The translations under genes were made by a program, and so were the position numbers. Shown one piece after another: positions 1 to 8,411 of a DNA stretch of 35,618 nucleotides. Source of the stretch: a virus. Lineage: Duplodnaviria; Caudoviricetes. The number at the start of each line of letters is the position of its first letter. Within the stretch, counting starts at the first letter, position 1. Under the pieces are notes generated by a model. The model was not told where the DNA came from and did not search any database. It worked only from the letters and a program-made list of their open reading frames with translations. The stretch lies in IMG/VR virus record IMGVR_UViG_3300023222_000045, positions 1 through 35,618 of that record. One strand, given 5' to 3'.

Positions 1-144
1 GTCGGATCCAATAGCGAAATAAACATCGAAGTAAGCTGTATTCATAGCCTCGATATTTGTAGCGTTATCAATCAACACACTAAAGTTGTCTTCTGTCAAC
101 AAAGAAAAGGGTATATTATTACCCCATTGTTTAAACGTCTTTAG
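1..144. repeat. Terminal direct repeat copy 1 (circular assembly overlap)
   Basis: Identical to 35475-35618; lies inside a coding gene, so it is an assembly overlap of a circular/permuted genome. Confidence 0.95.
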
Positions 145-222
145 ATATACTTTAAGCGCTTGCCTCTCGTATTTCTTATGTAGTCGCTCCCATTGTTTAC
201 GATATGATACTATTGAAGCCAA
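1..222 (-). CDS. 5' part of Mu gpF-like minor head protein (continues across the junction into 35474..34896; ~266 aa in total)
   Basis: TTG at 222 opens MASIVSYRKQWERLHKKYERQALKVYLKTFKQWGNNIPFSLLTEDNF, in frame with ORF 34896..35576. Confidence 0.8.
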   Translation of the reverse strand, partial: MASIVSYRKQWERLHKKYERQALKVYLKTFKQWGNNIPFSLLTEDNFSVLIDNATNIEAMNTAYFDVYFAIGSD

Positions 223-501
223 TTACTTTTTGCCGTTAGTTCTGTTTCTCTCTAAAATACCCACTAATTTAGTGCCTGCTATTTCGAATACATTACCCTT
301 CTTGGTGTCTATTAACTTAGCAGCAACCTTGACCGTAACAAAACAAATGCCTTCATGGAAGCCATCATCTTCAGCGCTTTGAGTTACTACTGTTTCTATT
401 TGAAAAGGCAATTGGACTCCGTTTAAGTTTAAGTACTGAGCCCCTCCCTCTACTGTTACAGTATAAGCTTCATAAACTCCTTTTGGTGTAGTATTATTCA
501 T
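223..501 (-). CDS. Hypothetical protein (92 aa) ending in the VFEIAGTKLVG motif shared with the tape measure protein
   Basis: ATG with A-rich leader; sits between portal and minor head gene. Confidence 0.7.
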   Translation of the reverse strand: MNNTTPKGVYEAYTVTVEGGAQYLNLNGVQLPFQIETVVTQSAEDDGFHEGICFVTVKVAAKLIDTKKGNVFEIAGTKLVGILERNRTNGKK

Positions 502-522
502 ATAGTTTAATTTTAGTATTTA

Positions 523-1926
523 TTATTCAGATGGTGTAATATTGAAGTCATTAGCTAAAGCGTCCTTTAGGCTCATTATGTCTGTGCTTACTGTGTGTAC
601 GTCCATGTCTGCATCTGTCGAGCTAGAGTATCTAATTGCCAAACGATATTCGTTTCGTGTTATTGCTCCAACATCTAAAGAAGGTTTTAACCATTCTACC
701 AGTGTTTTAATATCTTGTTGCATTTCGGGTAAGTCCATAACATCGAATATAACCTCAGACCTTTCAAACCCTTTGTATTTAGGTAATAGGTGTTTATTAA
801 ACGCATCAGATAATAGCTTTAAATCTGGTATAATATTATCAACTACAACTTGCTTCCTAAACTCTAGTACATTGTCGTACTTCGCTCCGTCATCGTTATT
901 CAATAGCTTATCACTCCACATTAATACATTACATATTTGCTTTTGATCGAATTTAAGTAGCTCGAAGGTTTGTAGCTCTTCCATTGTTAAGCCAATCTTA
1001 GTGAATCCTAATTCACCACTTGCGCCCTGTATTCTACTTAATGCATCAGAACTGTTATGCATACTTTTTAATCTATCCTTTACCCCTATTGCCTGTTCTT
1101 CTGTTAGTGGTGCGCCTTTCCCATGTATAAAGCCAAAAGTACCACCGCTCTTCATAGTGTTGATATTCAGGTTTAATGAGTCGTTAGAGCTTTCAATGTT
1201 CTTTAACGCTGCTCTTAGTGGTGCTTGTCCGTATAAATGCTCTCCATCCTCGCTAAAGTTTGGGTTTGCGTATTTAATATGTATTACTTGACTAGCTTCA
1301 AACTTTATACCTACACTTCCCTCGATTAGCATGTAATGAGAAATAGGGCTTTCAGCACCTTGCATGTCTGCGTTGGTCTTTAGCACTATCTCTATTTGGT
1401 GACTAGGTAATAAGTATATTTGCTGTGGCTTACCCGCATTAACCCCATCTAAGGGAGATAACATGTATATGTAAACATTACCGTTTAACTTAAGCAATGT
1501 TTTATATAATAACAAAAACTCAGTCCATGTCTGTAACACATTAGGAGTCTCTAAAGGGAAGTCAAACGAATCGTGATCGAACGCCTTATTTTCTAGCACC
1601 ACCTTTTTAACGTGCTGTTGTGGTGTTAGATCGTATTTAGTGGCGTACATTAACCGCTGTAGTTCCTTTCTAGCTCCTTTGTCCTTAATCTTCTTAACAA
1701 AGAAAGGTATTGATGCTGTTTTAACAGCCATCTGATTAACCACGGAAAAGACTATAGGGTTTATATTATACCCTTGCTCTACATAGGTTTTAGCCTGATT
1801 GTCGTACCTAGTGAATCCACCGCCTATAAACTTATAAAATGCTTGATTGTATTTATTAGCTCCTACAGACAGCGTTACACTCCCTTTAAAAGCGTCTCTA
1901 ATTCTGCTAATTAAACTATGTGCCAT
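523..1926 (-). CDS. Portal protein (HK97-like)
   Basis: 467 aa after terL; NPIVFSVVN, LNGNVYIY, VIHIKY...YGQAPL motifs typical of HK97 portals. Confidence 0.9.
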   Translation of the reverse strand: MAHSLISRIRDAFKGSVTLSVGANKYNQAFYKFIGGGFTRYDNQAKTYVEQGYNINPIVFSVVNQMAVKTASIPFFVKKIKDKGARKELQRLMYATKYDLTPQQHVKKVVLENKAFDHDSFDFPLETPNVLQTWTEFLLLYKTLLKLNGNVYIYMLSPLDGVNAGKPQQIYLLPSHQIEIVLKTNADMQGAESPISHYMLIEGSVGIKFEASQVIHIKYANPNFSEDGEHLYGQAPLRAALKNIESSNDSLNLNINTMKSGGTFGFIHGKGAPLTEEQAIGVKDRLKSMHNSSDALSRIQGASGELGFTKIGLTMEELQTFELLKFDQKQICNVLMWSDKLLNNDDGAKYDNVLEFRKQVVVDNIIPDLKLLSDAFNKHLLPKYKGFERSEVIFDVMDLPEMQQDIKTLVEWLKPSLDVGAITRNEYRLAIRYSSSTDADMDVHTVSTDIMSLKDALANDFNITPSE

Positions 1927-1968
1927 ATTTTTATATATAATTTGATAAAAGTACGAAAATTAATCGTA

Positions 1969-3276
1969 TTAAAAGAAAAACATTTTAGGTTCTAGCTCAA
2001 AGTAGTATCTCATCATAATAGAATCCCATTCATCTGGAGACCTTCCGATATTGTTTTTTACTACATCTTTAGATACTAAAGCTATTTTACCATCCTTGTC
2101 TATATCCTTTTGTTTTACCTGTTCCATTTCCTCAGACGTCCAGTCTATAACGTTAGCGTCTTGCACTCGTTCGCCTACTTTCTTCTTAACTATCATTTCA
2201 GCCATGTAATAACCACATTGAGACTTTAGATTGTTAAAGTTAGCTGTATTCTCTTTGCCTTTAACTACTATAGCCTTAGAGCCGTTCACAAACCCCTTAC
2301 AATGCAAGAAATCAACAACACCACCACCAACACCGTCCTCATCAGCTATAACGTTAGAGGTAGATATTTTATACTTGGCTTGTAATGCCTTGGCTCTATT
2401 TACTACAAATGTTAAGTCACTCTTTAGTATCTCTTCTCTGTAGATACATAGCCAACCATCCCAAACACGCATAATGTTCTTATCCTTTCCTTTACGGGCT
2501 ACATCAATAGTCATGTACATCGTACCATTGCCTTTTATATGTGTAGGGTTGAAGTAATCACTAATAGAGTCTATATCTATTAACGCGCTTGGGTCGTCAT
2601 CGTATTCCCAATTACCATAATACAAACGCTGTCTACTATTCTTATCTAAACTGAGTAATGTATCTAAGTATGATTGTGGTAAGTGTGGGTTGTCTGTTGG
2701 TAATGCCTGTATAAACTTTCTATATACCTCTAGGGACTTATCCCGTGCTTTCTTATAGAATAACTTATAAGTCCAATTCTTTGATGGGTTGCAGCTACCT
2801 AATACTTTAGGTATGATACCGAACTCATTTAGCTTATATCTACACCTAGATAATACGATTTGCCAAGCCTTTAGAACCACCTGGTTACATTCATCTATAA
2901 ACGCCCCACATATCTCTAGAGAGCCTAAACTATCGAAATTAGGATCAGCAGGGTATAAGAATAAATCTTTTAGCAATATCTCGCTTCCGTTGTTCCACTT
3001 TATAATATTGTCTTTCGCATTGTAGTTGAATTGGTCTGATATACCAAGATTTGCACATTGCTCAAAGAACGTGTTTAAAGTAGTTTCTTTTAATGCCTTT
3101 AATTTAGACCTCCCCATTAACCAACGTGATTTAGGGTACTTCTGACATACTTCTATTAACCAAAGACAGCCGATAACGGATTTACCGCCACCAGCTGCAC
3201 CACCGTAAAGAATCTCTTTAGTTGTGTTGTCTTTTAGATAATATACTGCGTTCTCTTGTTTAGGTAATAGCTTCAT
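1969..3276 (-). CDS. terL: Terminase large subunit
   Basis: Walker A YGGAAGGGKS, Walker B FIDE, SCNP coupling motif, nuclease IDVAR and SPDEWDS. Confidence 0.95.
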   Translation of the reverse strand: MKLLPKQENAVYYLKDNTTKEILYGGAAGGGKSVIGCLWLIEVCQKYPKSRWLMGRSKLKALKETTLNTFFEQCANLGISDQFNYNAKDNIIKWNNGSEILLKDLFLYPADPNFDSLGSLEICGAFIDECNQVVLKAWQIVLSRCRYKLNEFGIIPKVLGSCNPSKNWTYKLFYKKARDKSLEVYRKFIQALPTDNPHLPQSYLDTLLSLDKNSRQRLYYGNWEYDDDPSALIDIDSISDYFNPTHIKGNGTMYMTIDVARKGKDKNIMRVWDGWLCIYREEILKSDLTFVVNRAKALQAKYKISTSNVIADEDGVGGGVVDFLHCKGFVNGSKAIVVKGKENTANFNNLKSQCGYYMAEMIVKKKVGERVQDANVIDWTSEEMEQVKQKDIDKDGKIALVSKDVVKNNIGRSPDEWDSIMMRYYFELEPKMFFF

Positions 3277-3691
3277 TCGGGTCTACTCCTGTTCCAAGGC
3301 TTATAATTGATATAGGTTTGTCGCCACCCTCATGCACCTGAATCACTTTATCGCTATACTTTTTAGGGTTCATCTTACCAAGCATCCATTTTCTAGCGTC
3401 TATCTTTAGCTTAGACCTTTGTACCGTGTTTCCGTCTATCTTAGTTTCACCATCGACTACGTAAGCGTCTGCATTGTTTTCGTCTGCTATCTCTAGTATT
3501 TCCTCAAACATGTAGTCAGATCTGTCCTCGCACGCACATGCGTATTGGTTTGCAAATGCTTCGTTCTCTTCTAACAACTCATAAAACTTTGTACGCTTTA
3601 CCCCTATGTCGTTATCCCTAAAAACCGCCCTCAAAGATTCCCCTTGTGAAAGCAGCTTACATATATCTGTTATAATTTTTTCGTAATCCAT
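3260..3691 (-). CDS. terS: Terminase small subunit
   Basis: Overlaps terL start; ICKLLSQGESLR HTH, RSKLKIDARKWMLGKMNPKKYSDK motif. Confidence 0.88.
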   Translation of the reverse strand: MDYEKIITDICKLLSQGESLRAVFRDNDIGVKRTKFYELLEENEAFANQYACACEDRSDYMFEEILEIADENNADAYVVDGETKIDGNTVQRSKLKIDARKWMLGKMNPKKYSDKVIQVHEGGDKPISIISLGTGVDPNEAIT

Positions 3692-3709
3692 TAGTTTAAT
3701 TTCAGTACT

Positions 3710-3717
3710 GCAATATA
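3710..3717 (-). promoter_or_regulatory. Putative Bacteroidetes-type -7 promoter element (TATATTGC) upstream of terS
   Basis: TAnnTTGC variant of the TAnnTTTG consensus ~20 nt upstream of the ATG. Confidence 0.5.
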
Positions 3718-3740
3718 CAAAATTAATAATTAAGTGTTTT

Positions 3741-3899
3741 TTACCTAAACCTTATTTTATAAAGATTGATAACTATTAACAATATCCCTGTTGTTAAACC
3801 TGTGTAATAGTCTATCCCAAATCCGTATATAATTGATAGGTATGATAAACATATTCCTAGAACTATGTATAAACCGTATCTGTAGTATTTTGCTTCCAT
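3741..3899 (-). CDS. Small membrane protein (52 aa)
   Basis: Manual translation MEAKYYRYGLYIVLGICLSYLSIIYGFG...; two hydrophobic segments. Confidence 0.6.
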   Translation of the reverse strand: MEAKYYRYGLYIVLGICLSYLSIIYGFGIDYYTGLTTGILLIVINLYKIRFR

Positions 3900-3916
3900 C
3901 TTATTAGTTTTTTGTT

Positions 3917-4207
3917 TTACTCTTTGTTAATTTTAAACTGACTAAGTAATTGTTCGCTCGTCCTTAAACTTGTTTCATTTTTCCAATAGTGTATTTTCCC
4001 TATTTGGTTTACTAATACATAATGTTCTTTTGCTGTGTACTGTGCAAACTCTATCGCAAACGTACTGCCAACATCGTGCGTATTTAATGCCTCCTCTATT
4101 ACATCTTCAATAACAGATTCAAAAGATTCATTACTCATTTTTAACTTAATCGCATCTAATATTTGCCTTTTTGTATGTAAAACTATTTTTGTTCTATCTT
4201 TATTCAT
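3917..4207 (-). CDS. Hypothetical protein
   Basis: ORF in co-oriented early-gene array. Confidence 0.65.
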   Translation of the reverse strand: MNKDRTKIVLHTKRQILDAIKLKMSNESFESVIEDVIEEALNTHDVGSTFAIEFAQYTAKEHYVLVNQIGKIHYWKNETSLRTSEQLLSQFKINKE

Positions 4208-4243
4208 TAGTTTTTATTTTGTTATTACTCTGTATATTCTTTA

Positions 4244-4459
4244 CTACACGTTAATATCCTCTAATTCTTTTACGACATTTAACCAGTATTTAAGTTTTTT
4301 AAACTCTACTGCATCAGTGCTTTTTACTACTTCTTTTGCGCAAAGTAAAGCGGCTCTGCAACCGTTACGGTATTTGCTAACATAATAATCGTTTCCTTTG
4401 TTTATTTTAGCAAACCCACTTACTAACTGTTTAGCTTTTTCTTGTGGTGTTATATCCAT
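4244..4459 (-). CDS. Hypothetical protein (TPxEKAxxLV...YWxxV-type small phage protein)
   Basis: ORF; resembles 34500..34679. Confidence 0.7.
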   Translation of the reverse strand: MDITPQEKAKQLVSGFAKINKGNDYYVSKYRNGCRAALLCAKEVVKSTDAVEFKKLKYWLNVVKELEDINV

Positions 4460-4462
4460 TTT

Positions 4463-4654
4463 TTAAGATTCTTTATACCCTTTCTTATACATCCATGATT
4501 TTCTTATTGCTTCCCTTCCTTTTGATAAGAATTGTTTCATATCCATTTCTTTATGATGGTGAACATGTTGTTCTATTTTTTGGTTCTCAAAATGACCCGT
4601 TTCAACAAGGTTGTCAAAATCATCAAGCCACTTATCTAATTGATCTACATTCAT
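4463..4654 (-). CDS. Hypothetical protein
   Basis: ORF tightly packed with neighbour. Confidence 0.6.
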   Translation of the reverse strand: MNVDQLDKWLDDFDNLVETGHFENQKIEQHVHHHKEMDMKQFLSKGREAIRKSWMYKKGYKES

Positions 4655-4695
4655 AATTTATTCTTTTGATTTACAGTTACTTTGTCTACTTGTTG

Positions 4696-4785
4696 CACCG
4701 TGTGGTGAATTAAAAGATTAAATGCTATACTGGCGCATTAACTTAGCTACATATCGTTTCGAACCTCATGCAGTACACTTAATCT
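4696..4785 (-). ncRNA. Candidate structured RNA
   Basis: Minus strand AGAUUAAGUG/CAUUUAAUCU stem (with a G-U pair), nested UACUG/CAGUA and GCAU/AUGC stems, then a CACC/GGUG hairpin. Confidence 0.35.
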
Positions 4786-4800
4786 ATTATAGGCTCTTGT

Positions 4801-5061
4801 TTATCGTGTTACCGACTCATTACCCCTACTTTCTTTAATGTATTTAATAGCTTCTATTCCTTTTATGTTAAACTTGTTTGGATTAGCTATGTAATCATCG
4901 TGATCTAATTGCACGTAAGCTGTCTTATATTCTCCGTGTCCACAACATGCGTTCTTTACTCCTGGTAATGTTCCTATACACCCGTCGTGTCCTTCAGGGG
5001 TTCTCTTTAGCTTGCAATGTCCGCATGTTTCCTTTTCGTAACCGTCTAGATAGTTTCCCAT
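4801..5061 (-). CDS. Cys/His-rich hypothetical protein
   Basis: CGHC...GHDGCIG...NACCGHG, likely metal-binding. Confidence 0.75.
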   Translation of the reverse strand: MGNYLDGYEKETCGHCKLKRTPEGHDGCIGTLPGVKNACCGHGEYKTAYVQLDHDDYIANPNKFNIKGIEAIKYIKESRGNESVTR

Positions 5062-5154
5062 TTACTTAGCCATTAATACAAATGTAAGTATTATTACTGT
5101 TATTACTGTGGCTCTTATTAGAAATTGTCTGTATGCTTTTGCTTCTAATGACAT
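5062..5154 (-). CDS. Small hydrophobic peptide (30 aa)
   Basis: MSLEAKAYRQFLIRATVITVIILTFVLMAK, exactly fills the gap between neighbours. Confidence 0.5.
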   Translation of the reverse strand: MSLEAKAYRQFLIRATVITVIILTFVLMAK

Positions 5155-5156
5155 AG

Positions 5157-5486
5157 TTATTTGTTATTATATATTTCGTTTGCTTTTTCTATTACTGAAA
5201 TTCTTCCTTCTGGTCGTGTTTTAGCAGAAGGCATTGCACCCAAATAAGAATGTCCAACCCAGTTATTAAATGTTCCTTCATGGTTTTTCACAACCTCTGT
5301 ATTAATACCCACACTATCAAAGAAGTCTACATATACACCGTACCTTTCAGTAAATGACATTGATAAGAATCTAATCTTTTTAACTGCGTCTTTACCAATT
5401 AATCCTCCAGTTTTATACTTTTCAACTTGCTCTGGTAACAAATACCATATCCAAAAATCCTTTAAACAATTACCTGTTAGTTCCAT
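5157..5486 (-). CDS. Hypothetical protein
   Basis: ORF flanked by 14-bp direct repeats. Confidence 0.75.
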   Translation of the reverse strand: MELTGNCLKDFWIWYLLPEQVEKYKTGGLIGKDAVKKIRFLSMSFTERYGVYVDFFDSVGINTEVVKNHEGTFNNWVGHSYLGAMPSAKTRPEGRISVIEKANEIYNNK

Positions 5487-5488
5487 AG

Positions 5489-5926
5489 TTATTTGTTTAA
5501 AGTAATCATTACTTTTCCGTAATTTTCTATTGCTTCATAAAATGTATTACCAAACGCTACGTTATCAGATTCTTGTAAATTAATAAAATCTAATCCATGA
5601 CAACAATAAGCGTTTCCGTCCTTCTCTACTTTTATAGTCCACCAATCTTTATCAACACCTTTACCACCACATGAGTTGCATACGAAAAACCCACCGTATT
5701 GAAAAGTGTAACATTTATTTTGACCACACTCAAAAGAATGTATAAAAGCTATACCGTTTTCTTTCGCCATTTTTTCCGCAAAATCAAAACCCTGAACTCT
5801 TTGATTGTAGTCATACGAATCATTAGGTCTAGGTCTTTTATGACCTCCTATAAACATGTTAAACCCTCCCGCAACACTTCCGTTGTATGTTTTTATTAAA
5901 TCTTGTGCGTATTTTAGTTTCTCCAT
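5489..5926 (-). CDS. Hypothetical protein, Cys-rich
   Basis: ORF with CxxxxC and CxxC motifs. Confidence 0.75.
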   Translation of the reverse strand: MEKLKYAQDLIKTYNGSVAGGFNMFIGGHKRPRPNDSYDYNQRVQGFDFAEKMAKENGIAFIHSFECGQNKCYTFQYGGFFVCNSCGGKGVDKDWWTIKVEKDGNAYCCHGLDFINLQESDNVAFGNTFYEAIENYGKVMITLNK

Positions 5927-5936
5927 AGTCTTTAGT

Positions 5937-6191
5937 TTAAATTTTACGGGTTTTAGTATCTATATCAACGCTAATTCTTAGTGTTAAATCAAACTCAAAC
6001 TCATTGTCACAATGCTCACAATATTGTCCAATTGGCTCGGATTCATTAAGGGTTGGATAACTTAGATAGTCGTGTTCTAAATCTACCTCCTTTTCTGCAT
6101 TGCAATGAGGGCAATTTAACACAGTCTTTAATGGTATATAAAATCTTTTTACTTCTACTTCAAATTTATCATTTAATTTAATATTTACCAT
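5937..6191 (-). CDS. Zinc-ribbon-like hypothetical protein
   Basis: CPHC...CEHC; flanked by 18-bp direct repeats. Confidence 0.75.
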   Translation of the reverse strand: MVNIKLNDKFEVEVKRFYIPLKTVLNCPHCNAEKEVDLEHDYLSYPTLNESEPIGQYCEHCDNEFEFDLTLRISVDIDTKTRKI

Positions 6192-6196
6192 AGTCT

Positions 6197-6403
6197 TTAG
6201 TTTAATGCTTTGTCTGATTGTTTTACCATCTGATCAAATCTTTTAAGGTTTGTGTCTTTTAAGTATTGTATGGTTTTATTTATTCCTGATTTACCATTAT
6301 CAGCTAAAAATATATCAACCCCACAATCAGGACATGTATTATAAGTTTCTTTAGTGCCGCAAATCCAGCACTCATTATTGAAGTCTATTAATTCTTTGTT
6401 CAT
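6197..6403 (-). CDS. Small zinc-finger-like protein
   Basis: CWIC...CPDC. Confidence 0.7.
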   Translation of the reverse strand: MNKELIDFNNECWICGTKETYNTCPDCGVDIFLADNGKSGINKTIQYLKDTNLKRFDQMVKQSDKALN

Positions 6404-6520
6404 GTTATTATAGTTTTATTTGTTCCACACTATAACTACAAAAGATATTATAATTAATTCTATGTAAATTATAGCTGTTAGTATTAATAAGGGTTTAATG
6501 TATTTTTTAATCACTTTGAT

Positions 6521-6742
6521 TTACTCGTTAGTACCTATTAATAAGTCCCATCCAAAAAGTAATTTAGCTTGATCTAATGCGTTTTGATGTGTTGTATAAT
6601 ACCAAGGCATATCATCAATTCCACTTACAGAAATTAAATGCTCCCATTTTTTAGGCTTAAACCAACCGTTATAAACTTTTCTCTCCACTACATACCCTCT
6701 AGGATATTGTTTAATTCTTATGTCTAAGTTTCTAAGATGCAT
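6521..6742 (-). CDS. Hypothetical protein
   Basis: ORF with A-rich AAACTAAAA leader. Confidence 0.65.
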   Translation of the reverse strand: MHLRNLDIRIKQYPRGYVVERKVYNGWFKPKKWEHLISVSGIDDMPWYYTTHQNALDQAKLLFGWDLLIGTNE

Positions 6743-6773
6743 TTCTATTTGTTTTAGTTTTGTTTATTACTTG

Positions 6774-6902
6774 TTATTCAGAGTCTAAATCTTGCATTTC
6801 AGACATAGCCATTTCTAATAATCTTACTACATCATTTTTCGAAATATCTCCATACTCCAACTTTGATACTATTTTGTTTAAATCTTCTATTATACTTTCC
6901 AT
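6774..6902 (-). CDS. Small acidic helical protein (42 aa)
   Basis: Manual translation MESIIEDLNKIVSKLEYGDISKNDVVRLLEMAMSEMQDLDSE. Confidence 0.55.
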   Translation of the reverse strand: MESIIEDLNKIVSKLEYGDISKNDVVRLLEMAMSEMQDLDSE

Positions 6903-6945
6903 AATGTTTTATTGTTTACTTGTTATTAGTTAGTGTTTTAATTAT

Positions 6946-7160
6946 CTAGCCCGAACAAGACCATGGTGTATAAGCAAATAAGTCTTACCTCTTTTTAATT
7001 TTGGATCCAAGTTTAAAAAGATACCATGGTCTTCTGTGAGCAGAGAGCTATCTGTTTTGCCTCACATGGAACAATGTCCAACGTTTATTAATCGTCAACT
7101 GTTGTTATACTTTTATAATACCTCGCCCTTTATAATTCCCCCGAATTAGGACGAGGCTAA
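6946..7160 (-). ncRNA. Candidate multi-stem structured RNA (~215 nt)
   Basis: Stems CCUCGUCCU/AGGGCGAGG, UGUGAG/CUCACA, AAGACCAUGGU/ACCAUGGUCUU and CUUUUUAA/UUAAAAAG in an ORF-free gap. Confidence 0.5.
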
Positions 7161-7188
7161 CGAATAATGTGTTGTTATTCGTTGTTAG

Positions 7189-7467
7189 TTAATTTGTTCT
7201 TAAACTATTCCCTTGTTTATCCCTTGTCGTTATTAAGCTACATCCATGATGTTTACATGAAGCGAAAGTTAAATATCTTTCCCTTGTTAACTTATCATAG
7301 TCATATTCATGTTTGTGTTTTATAAGTCCACAATAAAATTGTTTCCACGTTTTTTTATTGTCTGAAGTGCTTAATATCCATATAGGCGCTAATAAAATAA
7401 CTTTAAGTTTCCATATTAATGAAGTAGGCATACTTGCTAGCAACGTGTGATGTGTATTTTCTTTCAT
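7189..7467 (-). CDS. Hypothetical protein
   Basis: ORF directly downstream of an operator-containing promoter. Confidence 0.7.
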   Translation of the reverse strand: MKENTHHTLLASMPTSLIWKLKVILLAPIWILSTSDNKKTWKQFYCGLIKHKHEYDYDKLTRERYLTFASCKHHGCSLITTRDKQGNSLRTN

Positions 7468-7496
7468 AATTTATAGTTTTAGTTTCTTTCGATATT

Positions 7497-7528
7497 CAAA
7501 TATACATAAATATATTTATATACACAAC
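7497..7528 (-). promoter_or_regulatory. Promoter with palindromic operator, copy 1
   Basis: TTG...ATAAATATATTTAT..TATATTTG; 20-bp core exact in 5 copies. Confidence 0.75.
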
Positions 7529-7851
7529 TATATCTGAGTTATTTTAAATTTAATATACTCTTCGCCTTTTTTAACTATCTCTTTTTTTATGTTCGCTTCA
7601 TAAATACGGTTATCATTTACCCCGTACTTCTTACATGTAACGTCTTGAAATGGTTTTATAGGGTTGTCCCAATCTGAACCTTTAGAGCTAAATCCAAATA
7701 TAATTTCGATCTTTAGATTACCTTCAGGAATATCTATTTTAGGTAATACGTATGCTAATGCCTTTTCATATACCTTGTATGCATCTGTCTTATATCTTCT
7801 GCCTTTCCATGCGTCGTTTACTGAAAGTGGTTTTATGTTTATCTTAATCAT
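7528..7851 (-). CDS. rusA: RusA-like Holliday junction resolvase
   Basis: KPLSVN N-terminus; SDWDNPIKPFQD and NDNRI catalytic motifs. Confidence 0.8.
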   Translation of the reverse strand: MIKINIKPLSVNDAWKGRRYKTDAYKVYEKALAYVLPKIDIPEGNLKIEIIFGFSSKGSDWDNPIKPFQDVTCKKYGVNDNRIYEANIKKEIVKKGEEYIKFKITQI

Positions 7852-8155
7852 ATGCTCCTATCCTATCAATTAAATATTGTTTATAAAACTTAACACCGTG
7901 AGACTCTAGGAAGTTATAATGCTTTTGGTATAGGAATTTCATGTGTTCTTTTTTGTCTCCGTATTCTATATGCTCGCTCCTGGTTACTGCCTGCAGTTCC
8001 TCTATTCTGTCTTTTGATCCGCTGGGGTTTCCTCCCATTCCTTTGCAATCAATATGATGTATGTCATCGGCACGTCTTCCGCTTAGCTCTGAGGGTATGA
8101 AGTCGGTTGTATCATACCCTAGTGCATCCATGTAAATTTTAGTGTGTCTTTTCAT
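7844..8155 (-). CDS. HNH-like endonuclease domain protein
   Basis: DIHHI...DRIEELQAVTRSEH resembles a degenerate HNH motif. Confidence 0.5.
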   Translation of the reverse strand: MKRHTKIYMDALGYDTTDFIPSELSGRRADDIHHIDCKGMGGNPSGSKDRIEELQAVTRSEHIEYGDKKEHMKFLYQKHYNFLESHGVKFYKQYLIDRIGAYD

Positions 8156-8405
8156 TTGGTTTTATTTCTTCGTGGTCTATTACTTCTATTTCGTTTAAAT
8201 TTCTCAATGGTCTTGGTTGCTTTATTAACATATCTAATATTTCTTTTGCCTTATCTATTTGAGATAATGTATACTCACAATGCGCATTCATATTTGTGTT
8301 TTGCATTATACATTTTTTTGACTCCCCTAATATTCCTAGTACTTTAATTAAATTATATTTGTTGTCTACTAAAACGGCTGTTAATTCTTGAATTGGTGTT
8401 TTCAT
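8139..8405 (-). CDS. Hypothetical protein
   Basis: ORF overlapping the next gene. Confidence 0.65.
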   Translation of the reverse strand: MKTPIQELTAVLVDNKYNLIKVLGILGESKKCIMQNTNMNAHCEYTLSQIDKAKEILDMLIKQPRPLRNLNEIEVIDHEEIKPNEKTH

Positions 8406-8411
8406 AATTAT

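Noticed and set aside
1-144. Biological terminal repeat
   Set aside because: Falls mid-gene and is an exact end overlap; best explained as assembly circularisation
542-3025. Plus-strand ORFs opposite portal/terminase, and similar ones opposite other structural genes
   Set aside because: Antisense shadows of well-supported minus-strand genes, without leaders or motifs
4755-4770. tRNA gene (GGTTCGAA)
   Set aside because: No acceptor, D or anticodon arm geometry
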